A stretch of 58,886 nt of DNA, the filler included, from Catajapyx aquilonaris (lineage: Eukaryota), in assembly GCA_000934665.2 (NCBI GenBank). It is 3 parts of 3 records of this genome, joined end to end, with 100 filler letters (N's around TTAATTAATTAA, not from the genome) between each part and the next. Parts side by side here need not be neighbours in the genome. Positions count along the whole stretch, not along the records: positions 1 to 19,550 come from JYFJ02006436.1; 2 more parts are not named here. One strand, written 5' to 3'. Of the stretch, positions 1 through 9,750 are shown piece after piece (the first letter of the stretch is position 1; the number at the start of each line of letters is the position of its first letter). Under the pieces are notes generated by a model. The model made no database searches, was not told the origin of the DNA, and saw nothing but the letters and a program-made list of their open reading frames with translations. The translations under genes and the position numbers were made by a program.

Positions 1-666
1 GCGTTGTCCCGGACGAAGCAAGCGTCGGACACCCCGGGACTTTTACACACTGTTTGAGAACATCATGAAGGACAACTGTACCAAAAATTAGCTTTCTATC
101 TCAAATTTCCACCTTTGGCTCTTTTTCAGTCTAGATTGACTGGGCTAGTAGGCCTATAACGGCTATAAAGTCACAAACCAGAGCAAAAACCGAACAACAA
201 CAACGATAAACTAGACATAAAATCAGAAAAAACTTGGGCAAAAGACACAAAGTTGAAACATGTATATCACTTGCTCTGGACTCTACTGAACACCGCTTTA
301 TTATTATACAGCGCGTTTCTCCACTTGCATAGTACTAGAATCTATAGATGTTACCAAGATGTTACCAAATATTTTTCTAGATTTTCTAGATTGGGACCGC
401 CTTTCGGTTCATACGAGTCACGGCAACATGATTCGTATGATCATATTATTTCTGAACGATTTTGGGTCCTTTCAGAAGCACAAAAAATACTCCGCAAGAA
501 ACAAACATGCCTCTGACGAAGGAATATAGGTTCGGAATAGGCCCAAAAAGTCCAGAAATTGCTTCAAAATGTGTAAAAGCTATCACATGACATCAACTAA
601 ACATGACCCCAAGGATATAGACAATGAAAAACTTCTTGTAATTACAAAAGTTGCTGTCAAGCTTCG

Positions 667-672
667 TTTATT
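667..672 (-). terminator. Polyadenylation signal of GPGG-repeat gene
   Basis: AATAAA on minus strand ~80 nt downstream of the stop at 754. Confidence 0.55.
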
Positions 673-753
673 AGCCGACAATATTTACTCGCTATTCCAC
701 CTATGACCTTCTGGAGAATCCCAAGTCTGAAGGCGAATTCATGTGGACGAACT

Positions 754-3700
754 TTATTCCTCATCATCATCCTCCTCCTCCTCCTCCTCCTCCTCCTGCT
801 CCTCTTCCTCCTCCTCCATGCCGTCGATGTCTTCCACGTCGTCTTCTTCGCTGGGGGGGTTGGCGTCCACCTTCTCCTCTTCTTCGTCGTCGTCGTCCAG
901 CTCCGAGCCTGGCTTGTTGATGTAAACCGTGCCACTCTCGTCGTCCTCCTTCGTCACAATGTCGTAGTTCTCCCTCAGATCTGTTGGGATTATTTACAAA
1001 CACGCATTACATACGGTTCCATGCACTCGATGGGTCTGGGGGTTTGGGTTAAGTTAGGTCACAAGAGCATGGAGGTCGCCAAAGCCACAATAACGTTCGT
1101 TGCCCTGCAGCGCCACAAGACGGACAGTAAGCATTGCGGATACAAAACATGCAATAAGAGCCCAGTTAAAATCATCAGGGAATGCGACCGACCGTGCCTG
1201 GCAGGGCGCCACAAGACGGCCAGTACTGGTGCGGTCACCCCAAAGCCATACAGATGACACCAACACAACGGGTTAGTTGTCAGGATACCCACATAGGAGA
1301 GCCTTGTAGATGGCAGCGTCGTCGAGGGAGGCAGCGATAACTGTCCTCACTCCATCCATAGAGGTCTTCTCAAGTTTGCCACCTTCGGCAGCAATCTTTG
1401 CGTCAGCCTTGGCCCACAGCCGACGAATTACCTGCAGGACCAGGCTCCTCGCCTGACGCGAGCTCCCACCCGCCTTCTGGCCGCCTCCTGGTCCTCCTGG
1501 TCCTCCTGGTCCGCCAGGACCACCTGGTCCAAAACCTGGTCCGCCTGGTCCAAAACCTGGTCCAAAACCTGGTCCGCCTGGTCCAAAACCTTGCCCACCT
1601 GGACCGAACCCTGGTCTACCTTGCCCTGGTCCACCGGGTCCGCCGGGTCCGAAACCAGGCCCCCCTTGTCCAGGTCCTCCTGGTCCAAAGCCAGGTCTAC
1701 CTTGACCTGGACCGCCTGGACCGCCTGGACCACCTGGACCGCCTGGACCACCTGGACCGCCTGGGCCAAAGCCAGGTCTACCCTGCCCTGGTCCTCCTGG
1801 GCCACCCGGGCCAAAGCCAGGTCTACCCTGCCCTGGTCCTCCAGGGCCACCAGGTCCAAAACCAGGTCTTCCTTGCCCCGGTCCTCCTGGACCACCCTGT
1901 CCGGGCCCGCCTGGACCACCCTGTCCGGGCCCGCCTGGACCACCCTGTCCTGGTCCTCCTTGGCCATAATTAGCCCAACCTTGTCCAGGCCCTCCTGGTC
2001 CAAAACCTGGTCCACCCGGGCCCGGTCCTCCTGGGCCATAACCTGGACCTCCAGGTCCGTAGCCTGGTCCGCCTTGACCCCCACCTGGTGGTCCTCCCGG
2101 TCCTCCCGGGCCATAACCTGGTCCTCCTGGGCCATAACCTGGCCCTCCTTGGCCATAACCTGGTCCTGCTTGTCCGTAGCCTGGTCCTCCGTAGCCTGGT
2201 CCTCCTTGGCCTGGTCCTCCTGGTCCATATCCTGGTCCACCTTGACCCCCACCTGGTGGGCCTCCTGGTGTGAGAAAGAGACAACAAGATTGGCAAATCA
2301 TGCGAGCGTGATTCTAGTATACTTTTCTCATTGGGCAGTGGGAAATAAGGCTGACAAACCCCATACGATACAACAGGATGCGAGTCTTAATCGGACAACA
2401 ATTACTATTGTTATCAGTCTCATTTGCAGCGGTTGCCACGGAACCCCCATTTATACGGTAATCTATGACTGTAGACTTGACCTCGTTGGATATAGTGTAC
2501 CCGGACAATCAGAAGTATTTGACCAAGAAACCTACTTATTGTCCACTGACTCGGAATCCGAAAACAGTTTGTCCCTATCTCATGCGGTTTAGGCCCTGAT
2601 ACCTGTCCACAGACGGACGGACAGACAGAGCCGTTCTATATAAGACTTTTTTCCGATGAGAAAAAGTCTAACAAGATTGGAAAATCACGCCGAGTGTGAT
2701 TCGATTAGACTTCATCACTGCCAAGGAAATTCTACAGGATGTAACACATGTTTCTGCCCCGCCACATATTGTGCTGAATAATTTTTTAATTGACATGTGG
2801 TGTATTCATTATGAATGTTTTACATGTATTCTTAATTGAAAGGATTGAGCAGCATGTCTGCCAAAACTATCCACAAGTTTGAATGCATGCTATGTGTGAC
2901 TGTTACCCATTTCTGGTCAAGTCTCTTAATTAACTGGCAGTAATTTTTTTGGACTGACTTGCTCACAGACATTGCACTACAACATGGCACTTAAGCGTTC
3001 AATATTGATGTCAGTCAGGGAGGCGGAGTGGTGCTGCGGTAACGTATGCGCCCACGGATGTTAAGGTCCCCGGGTTCGATCCCAACCCGGGGACACCCCC
3101 TTCTCAGGGTCACCTCTGGCTTCGTCTCGGGTGGTATTTCCTACAGACTAAACCACCCGGGGGAGTTCACTAAAAATGTCACAGTGTAAACATCCATATT
3201 CTAGAAGATTAAAAGATTTCTTTATGACTTTTGTTATGCACCTCAAATCTACAATATTAATGCTTAAGAGAACAATGCCTTAATCGCCTTTGGCCACCTA
3301 TCAGGTCTCGAGAACAAAGCACCTTCATGGGAGCCTCTCTCTACAGACAACACTTGCATTGCACATATGAGCACAAAATCAGGGCAGTGAGGAAATGGAC
3401 GGAGAAATTAGTCAGATTCGGATTCACCTGACACAATCTCATCGCGTTTGACGGTATATTTGTTTCAACAACCAAGCACTATGATAACTTTTATGCATCT
3501 GCAGGTAATCTACACTAATATATAATAATTTATATATACAATGCTACTATTAATTTTGTTGTAATGGAGTTTTGATGCTCAATGCTGCATTGTTGTGAGT
3601 ATAAGACATCAGATTACTCTCTTTTATGAGTCAAGGTTTGCGCAAGAACGCGCCAAATCATTGCGTAAAGCATACGTTTCCAAGTTACGACAACAGCTGC

Positions 3701-4280
3701 TAAAAATACGCTCAATTCATATTTGTTAAAAAAATTAGTTCCATTTAAAAGCTAGAGGAAAGTGAAATTTCGTTGGAATTGAGCATTCCAATCGTGGAGC
3801 ATTATTGATCACAATTGAAAAAAATCATATGAGACCACAATTTCAATCAATATCGAGTTATTTCACCTTGAAATTTAGATTCGATAAAATGTACGAGATG
3901 AGTTTTAAGAATTAACTTTTACCAACAGTTACTCATTAAAAATACGCTAAATTCGTGTTCAAGTATAATTACTTCAATTTAAGAATTTACAATCTTAAAT
4001 GAGATTCAGTTGGGATTGCGCATTAAAATCATGAAGCATTATTGATCATTACTGATATAAAATTATGTTAGACCACAATTTCAATCGCCATTTAGTTAAT
4101 ACATTTGGCAAGATTGAAGAAAATGCACGGCATAGTGAACCAGGCCCATCAGTTTGTGTTGAATGACCTCCTCGGGTCAAAGGTCACCTTACCCCTTTGT
4201 TGCTGCGAATATGCGCAAACACCCTGCATGACCACAGCCAGAAGGAGGAGGGCCAAAGGGATGCGCAGAGACACGCACAT
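754..4280 (-). CDS. Secreted GPGG-repeat (silk/elastomer-like) protein with conserved C-terminal domain and acidic tail; cluster member A, 428 aa
   Basis: Exon 4280-4193 encodes MCVSLRIPLALLLLAVVMQGVCAYSQQQR (signal-peptide-like) with donor G|GTAAGG. Exon 2264-1293 has acceptor ttctcacaccag, GPGG repeats, then LVLQVIRRLW...IYKALL and donor T|GTGGGT. Exon 980-754 has acceptor cccaacag and encodes LRENYDIVTKEDDESGTVYIN plus poly-D/E to TAA. Both introns are phase 1; 88+972+227=1287 nt. TATAAAA lies upstream and AATAAA downstream. Confidence 0.85.
2283..2670 (+). mobile_element. Non-autonomous Helentron/DINE-1-like repeat
   Basis: (GACG/GACA)n microsatellite at ~2611-2628 and terminal hairpin AGACTTTTTTC-cgat-GAGAAAAAGTCT. 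An inverted copy lies at ~11045-11397, and the start motif AACAAGATTGG recurs at 2671. Confidence 0.5.
3018..3180 (+). mobile_element. tRNA-derived SINE, family 1 (3'-truncated)
   Basis: A box TGGTGCTGCGG and B box GGTTCGATCC; near-identical to the minus-strand copy ending at 26098. Confidence 0.8.
3691..4086. repeat. Diverged ~235-bp tandem duplication in intron 1 of the GPGG gene
   Basis: AAAAATACGCT..AATTC, GCATTATTGATCA and AGACCACAATTTCAATC each occur twice at ~235-bp spacing. Confidence 0.6.
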
Positions 4281-4354
4281 CACTCGCACTGGATTGGCCT
4301 CGAACTCTCCGCCGCGCACGCACTCTCCTCGCCTCCTCTCTAATCAAGACTCAG

Positions 4355-4361
4355 TTTTATA
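4355..4361 (-). promoter_or_regulatory. TATA box of GPGG-repeat gene
   Basis: TATAAAA on minus strand ~75 nt upstream of the ATG at 4280. Confidence 0.65.
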
Positions 4362-4494
4362 TGCCATATTTTCAACCGATAATAATGCTCAAGCACCCTC
4401 CATTATTATTGGGCCGCACCGACCATTGATTGCATAGAAAGTGTCCATTCATTCTTCAGGTTGGTACAGGTCAGGACACTCCCCCTATTATCAG

Positions 4495-4717
4495 CTCTTA
4501 TCGCCTGCCGGGCCTGCCCGGGGCATGTTTCAGGAGGTGCCCGCATGATAGCGCACAATGGAGGTTTTCTTCACAGCTTAGACTAGTAGCGACACCACCG
4601 GACTCGGTAGAAGAGGAGCGAGTAGCCTCTCTTCTACCGAGTCCGGCGGTGTCTCCACTGCGAAGAAAACAGCCATAAAGGGCTATCATGCGGTCACCTC
4701 CCGGCAGGCGATAAGAG
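4495..4717. mobile_element. MITE/foldback element
   Basis: 18-bp inverted repeats CTCTTATCGCCTGCCGGG / CCCGGCAGGCGATAAGAG and an internal hairpin GACACCACCGGACTCGGTAGAAGAG...CTCTTCTACCGAGTCCGGCGGTGTC. Confidence 0.65.
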
Positions 4718-4781
4718 GTAGTGCCCAGACCATAGCTAGCAATTGAAACAGTTTTCATCCAAAGTAACAGTGTATACGTAC

Positions 4782-4930
4782 CCAGGAGGACCTGGAGGAT
4801 GGCTATGTCGTCTAGCATGTTGTGAAGGTTCTTCTTGAGCGTCTCTTAGTTGATCTCACCAAGTCTCATCGTTCTTCCGCCATATCTTCTGGATGACTAT
4901 CTCCCTCCCTGGAGGCAGCTGCACCGGAAC
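4782..4930 (-). pseudogene. Cluster member B, pseudogene fragment of the C-terminal domain
   Basis: LPPGREIVIQKIWRKNDET, then a frameshift, then EIN*ETLKKNLHNMLDDIAILQVLL, followed by the same phase-1 donor G|GTACGT as member C. It has an in-frame stop and no intact last exon was found. Confidence 0.8.
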
Positions 4931-5710
4931 CTCCCTGTCCTTGGTCGTTACAGTTGCACGGCGGAAGTGACGGACCCCATTGTTGCTGGGCATTGTCGTT
5001 GGCTTCAGCTTATGAAAAAGGAGATGTAACAATCTGACCCCCCAGTTCATAAGTGCAGAGACATGACACATGACTTCCTTTTGCCCTGGCGATGCAGCCT
5101 GACGCCTGAACGCCCTGCACATATGTTCTTCACGAGAATAAATTGTTGGTACAGTTTAATTGCGTCATGCATCCGATCAAATAGTCACATTGCCGGGATG
5201 TCTGGATTTTTATATTGGCCATTTTCAGAGCCATGAGAATGAGTCGTTCGTACCATTTAATAGCTGCATAAAAGTTACGGTATTGACCAGAGATACCTCG
5301 GATTTAGGAGACGGGTACTACAACAAGAACTCTACCTGAAATAAATTGTCTGTCCAGCTCCATTGTTGCCGAAAGACGTTGCCATGTCCCCCTAGAATTT
5401 TAACCTGGGTGGCTCTAATTTAGTTTTTTTAGCAACAGCTCGTGTGTGTGTATGTGCATGATTTTTTTAACATCAAATTTTCTGAGATGGTCGAGCCACC
5501 AACTTCTCTGGATTGACATGGAATGACCCAGTAATGTGATCCTGTCCACACTTTAAAATCTTACCAGTAAGAGTGCTGTCCCCAAAAATATTAGATGCAA
5601 TGAATCCCATAATTGCAAAATTGTTAAGTATTCAGACTTTATTTTTTGAAAGCTTCTCTGTTCCTTATAATTACTGTGAACATCTTGTCGTACGCTTCCA
5701 ATGAAAATGG

Positions 5711-7207
5711 TCAAGCACGGATGACGACCACTAGTCCCGGAACCTTCTCCTGGAACGTCACGATCTCTCCTTCTTGCTGGAGGGCTGTCCAGAAATATAT
5801 CGCAATGGTTCGTATTAAGCGCATGCAGCATGTTCAGAGTAATAGTGAAATGTACGTACCCAGGAGGACCTTTAGGATGGTGATATCATCCATGATGCTG
5901 TGGAGGATCATCTTGAGCACCTCCAAGTTGATCGCCTCCACCTGTCCAGTCCGATCGTTATTATCCCATATCCTCTGGATGGCCCTCAACACTATGTCCT
6001 TCCCCGGAGTCAGGTTCAGGACGTCCTCCAGCGCAGCCGCGTTGTTCGCACCGTACCTGCCCGGTCCAGGATCGGGTAGGTTATCGCAGTTGCACATAGG
6101 TGGTGGCCGCCATGGCGCCTGAGGACAATGCTGCTCTGGTGTGTTCTTGGGAGCAGCGAACAGTTTGCTCATGAACCTGACTCCCAACGCAGGCCCCTCT
6201 CCAGACGACTCTTTCGAGCCTTTTTTTTCTGCGCTTTTTGCCTCGCTTTCTTCTGGACTCCCTGTGAATGGTAGGGAACTCAGATGAGTCAAGGCGGCAG
6301 GAGTTTAAAAGAATGTAAACATAACCTGCTGTAAAAGATATCAATTTGCACATGAGTTACAGGCCTCTTTGGGAACCTCCGTTTACAAGGGAGTTTGAGA
6401 CCCCTTTGATATACGTAAACGGCTTTAAAAAATAAGTTGGATTTAAACATGAGCTGTCAAACGCAACAAGCCAGAAGAGCTTCAGTTGTGATTGCTAAAC
6501 AACATAATTTTTCAACTAATAATATTATATCACCTCTGAAAGTATCGGACACTTTCAGAGGTCATAAAAATTATTAGTCGAAAAATTGAACATTACAACT
6601 TAACGTCGACAACAGGATCAAATAATCTCAGCACTCCCCACTTGCAATATTAATTAGTGCACATTGTTAAAATGTCGGGTGAACTTAAAATGGCACTTGA
6701 CAATCAAAATGCTGCATTGTCATGTAACATAACATTATTATGCTATCACACATATTCGTATAATTTTTTTTATGACTTCGGTTTGTGAGGCTGTAAATCA
6801 GCCTACTTGTGAGACTTCAACATAGCAAGGTCACAAAAGGTCAGCATCACCTTTTTATTTTATTTTTAAATGAACATTTGGGAACATAATGATGTAAACG
6901 TAGCCATAATTACATACGATAATGGAAACCGGTTTGTTTCGGTCTGTTAGTTTTGTCTCAAAAATTAGTTGTCATGAAGAAAATTTCAGGAAGCATTTCC
7001 GCACGAGGCAAGTTTCATTTGAGGTCGAAACGCCTTTAGTGAGTAAAAACAAACTCTTAAAAAATACAGAGTATTATTACATTACCGGTATTATATGAAA
7101 TTATTATATTATTTATGAAGTGTTTACGTACTAGTTTTGCGCACGAGTTCAGCACAATTGCAAGCAGCCAAGAGCAGGAAAAGTGTGAGTGGTATTTGCA
7201 GAAACAT
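5711..7207 (-). CDS. Small secreted protein, cluster member C, 183 aa, apparently intact
   Basis: Exon 7207-7132 encodes MFLQIPLTLFLLLAACNCAELVRKT (donor A|GTACGT). Exon 6261-5860 ends ...DIVLRAIQRIWDNNDRTGQVEAINLEVLKMILHSIMDDITILKVLL (donor G|GTACGT). Exon 5784-5711 encodes ALQQEGEIVTFQEKVPGLVVVIRA*. 76+402+74=552 nt; AATAAA at 5643-5638. Confidence 0.8.
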
Positions 7208-8140
7208 GTCTTTCCTTCTCCTTGGCTTCACGGAAAGACCTTCACTTCACTAGCACTTGGACTCTGTAAAATTTTTATGGTCTAACTGCGTCGTCGTGAC
7301 TGTGATGTCAAACACTGTCAGATTGATATGGTGCCACATATTTATTCGCCATTTTCAAGTTCGAAAAGAATAGGTCGTTCGCACCATTTAATGACCACGT
7401 AAAAATCATCGGAGATACCTTCAGTAGCTGATTAGCAATTTTTAAGTGTTAATCTGCCGGCCTTTAAGCAGTTAATTTTGCTGCTAATCTTAACATGAAC
7501 AGGATCACATTCATATGTGAAACGCAATGAATTTTCTAGCAAATGAGAGTATGACCCATCAGTGACAATGTTGCATAAGTAGACAATCCTGCATTACTTA
7601 ACACTAACTTAATTATGATTACACAAATGGAGATTTTTGAGTTTCAAATATATCATTAGATAGACAAAGATGTGCACTATCCAGGGTTCACAGGGGGAAT
7701 GTTTTGGCCTCCGAGAAGTGTCAGAAAAAATTCACACTGCGGCGTAACTTCGGCAACTAGCATGTTCTTCTTGCGATAAAAAATTACACAATGAAAATAG
7801 GTAAACAACTCGCACATATGTTACGTAGATTTAAACAACTTTCTGACGATGTATAACGTTATTTTTTTGGACCATTTTCCTGGGAATTATTTAGAGTCAA
7901 ACACAGGGGCGAGTATTAAAAAATCCGATAGTACATGATTACGAGTACCAATCACCATCAGTAATCACGATGCGTAAAGACAAGAGTAACCAGGCAGCAT
8001 ATCGGAAGAGAGCTAATTAGTGCGTAACTTACCACTACTAAAATTAGACGCAATGAACCGGGAAATTGATTCAATACTAATAACAAAATTAGCTTTATTA
8101 TGTTTAACTTTTCCATTCCTCGTAATGTGTCCAATGAAGA

Positions 8141-8956
8141 TCAAGCATGGAAGAAGACTAGTCCTGGAACCCCCTCCTGGAACGTCACGATCTCTCCTTC
8201 TTGCTGGAGGGTAGTCCAGTGCAATGGTTAGTATTTAACGCATGTACAGTGATGGTCATAAATCGAGGCAACTGCCAGCGACATTTTCCGAAGCGGCAGA
8301 AGAAGGAATCTTGCTCGCCCGGCTTGTAAGTATGCTCATCTTCGATTCCTTCTTCTGCCGCTTCGGAAAATGTCGCTGGCAGTTGCCTCGATTTATGCCC
8401 AACACTGTACTGAGTAACAGTGAAGTGTACGTACGCAGGAGGACATTTAGGATGGTGACATCGTCCAGTATGTTGTAGACTGTAGAGGCTCTTCTTCAGC
8501 GTCTCCATGGTGACCTGTCTCACCAGTCCCATCGTTCTTCTTCCATTTCATCTGTATGACCCGCATCACTATCTCCTTCCCTGGAGTCAGATTGAGGATG
8601 TCCTCCAGCGCAGTCTCGTTTGCCGCTTCATACAGTCTGCTTGGTCCGTTCACTTGCTGCATGCAGTTACACGCAGGTTGTACTGGAGGCGGACACCGTG
8701 CTATCTTCGGTGTGTCCTTGGGCCGGTGAGCTCAGGAATCTGACTCCCAGTTTGGGTCCTTCTCCTGACCCATGTTCAGTCGAGCCTGATGCTAACTTGC
8801 TTGTGGCACTCCCTGTAAACACCGAACATAACGAGTTAAAAAATTCATTAAGCATTTAAGTAAATGGGAAATGTACGTACTGGTCTTTAGCACGAGTTCA
8901 GTGCAGTTGCAAGTGGCCAAAAGCAGGAGTACAATGAACAGTCGCGGCAGAGACAT
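8141..8956 (-). pseudogene. Cluster member D, pseudogene paralogue of member C
   Basis: Signal exon 8956-8881 encodes MSLPRLFIVLLLLATCNCTELVLKT. Exon 2 from 8812 needs about three frame changes (GEGPKLGVRFLS / ACNC...ALEDILNLTPGKEIVMRVIQ / VTMETLKKSL / NILDDVTILNVLL). The last-exon acceptor AG is lost (ggactac vs ggacag) and a MITE sits in intron 2. Confidence 0.85.
8247..8407. mobile_element. Tc1/mariner-type palindromic MITE (161 bp)
   Basis: TA-CAGTG...CACTG-TA with ~65-bp inverted arms; absent from the equivalent intron of member C; second copy at 27551-27712. Confidence 0.9.
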
Positions 8957-9750
8957 GACTTCCCTGCTTTGGCTTCACGACAATACTGCCGTCCTTACAT
9001 AAGGACAGAAGGCCATAACTCAGTAGCCACTTTCCCTCGTGACGAGAAAAGAATGAGCCGTTCGCCCTTTGACGGCAGCGTTTTTTGGACAGTATTTTCT
9101 TTTCTTTACCAAAATTTGTAGCAGGATGAGTGATGCTAATGAAAAAGAATGCACTCCGATATTTATCATTTCAACTCTTGGTGGTTCTATGAATGTAAAA
9201 TAACCAATTGGCTCAGGATATACCTAAAGTCACCTTGATGTAAAGTGATACTCCGGTGACCATATTATGTCCACTGTACACTGTACTGAATCTCCATGTT
9301 GTCTAGTGTCTTCATTTTGTACCGTATACATAAAAGACAATGTTAAGATAACTAGGCCACTAATTTTTTTTAAAAACTGTTTCAGATTGCCAATTATATG
9401 AGCGACACTGTTTCATGCAAGGACGTCCTGTAATAAAAGTGACATTACAGGTCAGCATTTTTTAACCTTCGTTATTTATTAATTGAAAGTGACCATAGTT
9501 CATCATTACATGTTGAACAACCCATATCGATCGCTTTACAATGAAAAAAATGGCAAAATACTTCTTCGTTTGTTGCATTCCATCTGAGGTTCAATTAATG
9601 GCGAGAATTACTGAATACTAAAAATTGGTCTCGCACAAAAATATCTCAAAACGAACATGTTTCCTAACTTATATAGTATGTAATGAGATGTGATGCACCC
9701 CGTCCGTTGTGATACAAAACTGATAAGTTAAATGAATCCTGACGAGGACA

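Noticed and set aside
657..1257. Poly-Leu, poly-Ser and poly-Arg ORFs
   Set aside because: Other frames of the (GAG/GAC)n acidic exon
1293..1330. KALL/QVLL resembling the spidroin C-terminal QALLE motif
   Set aside because: Four-residue match only and the surrounding pattern does not align, so it is not evidence of spidroin homology
1426..1435. Strong-looking donor CAG|GTAATT at the end of the GPGG repeats
   Set aside because: Phase 0 is incompatible with the phase-1 exon at 980, and the downstream codons are conserved in paralogues; alternative use is not excluded
1398..2592. Long alternative-frame and antisense ORFs (191-333 aa) over the GPGG exon
   Set aside because: Shadow ORFs of a stop-poor Gly/Pro repeat; only the GPGG frame fits the splice phases and the paralogue homology
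3018..3095. tRNA gene candidates (also 26098, 20036 and ~53010)
   Set aside because: A and B boxes are present, but there is no convincing cloverleaf and they continue into repeat bodies, so they are SINE heads
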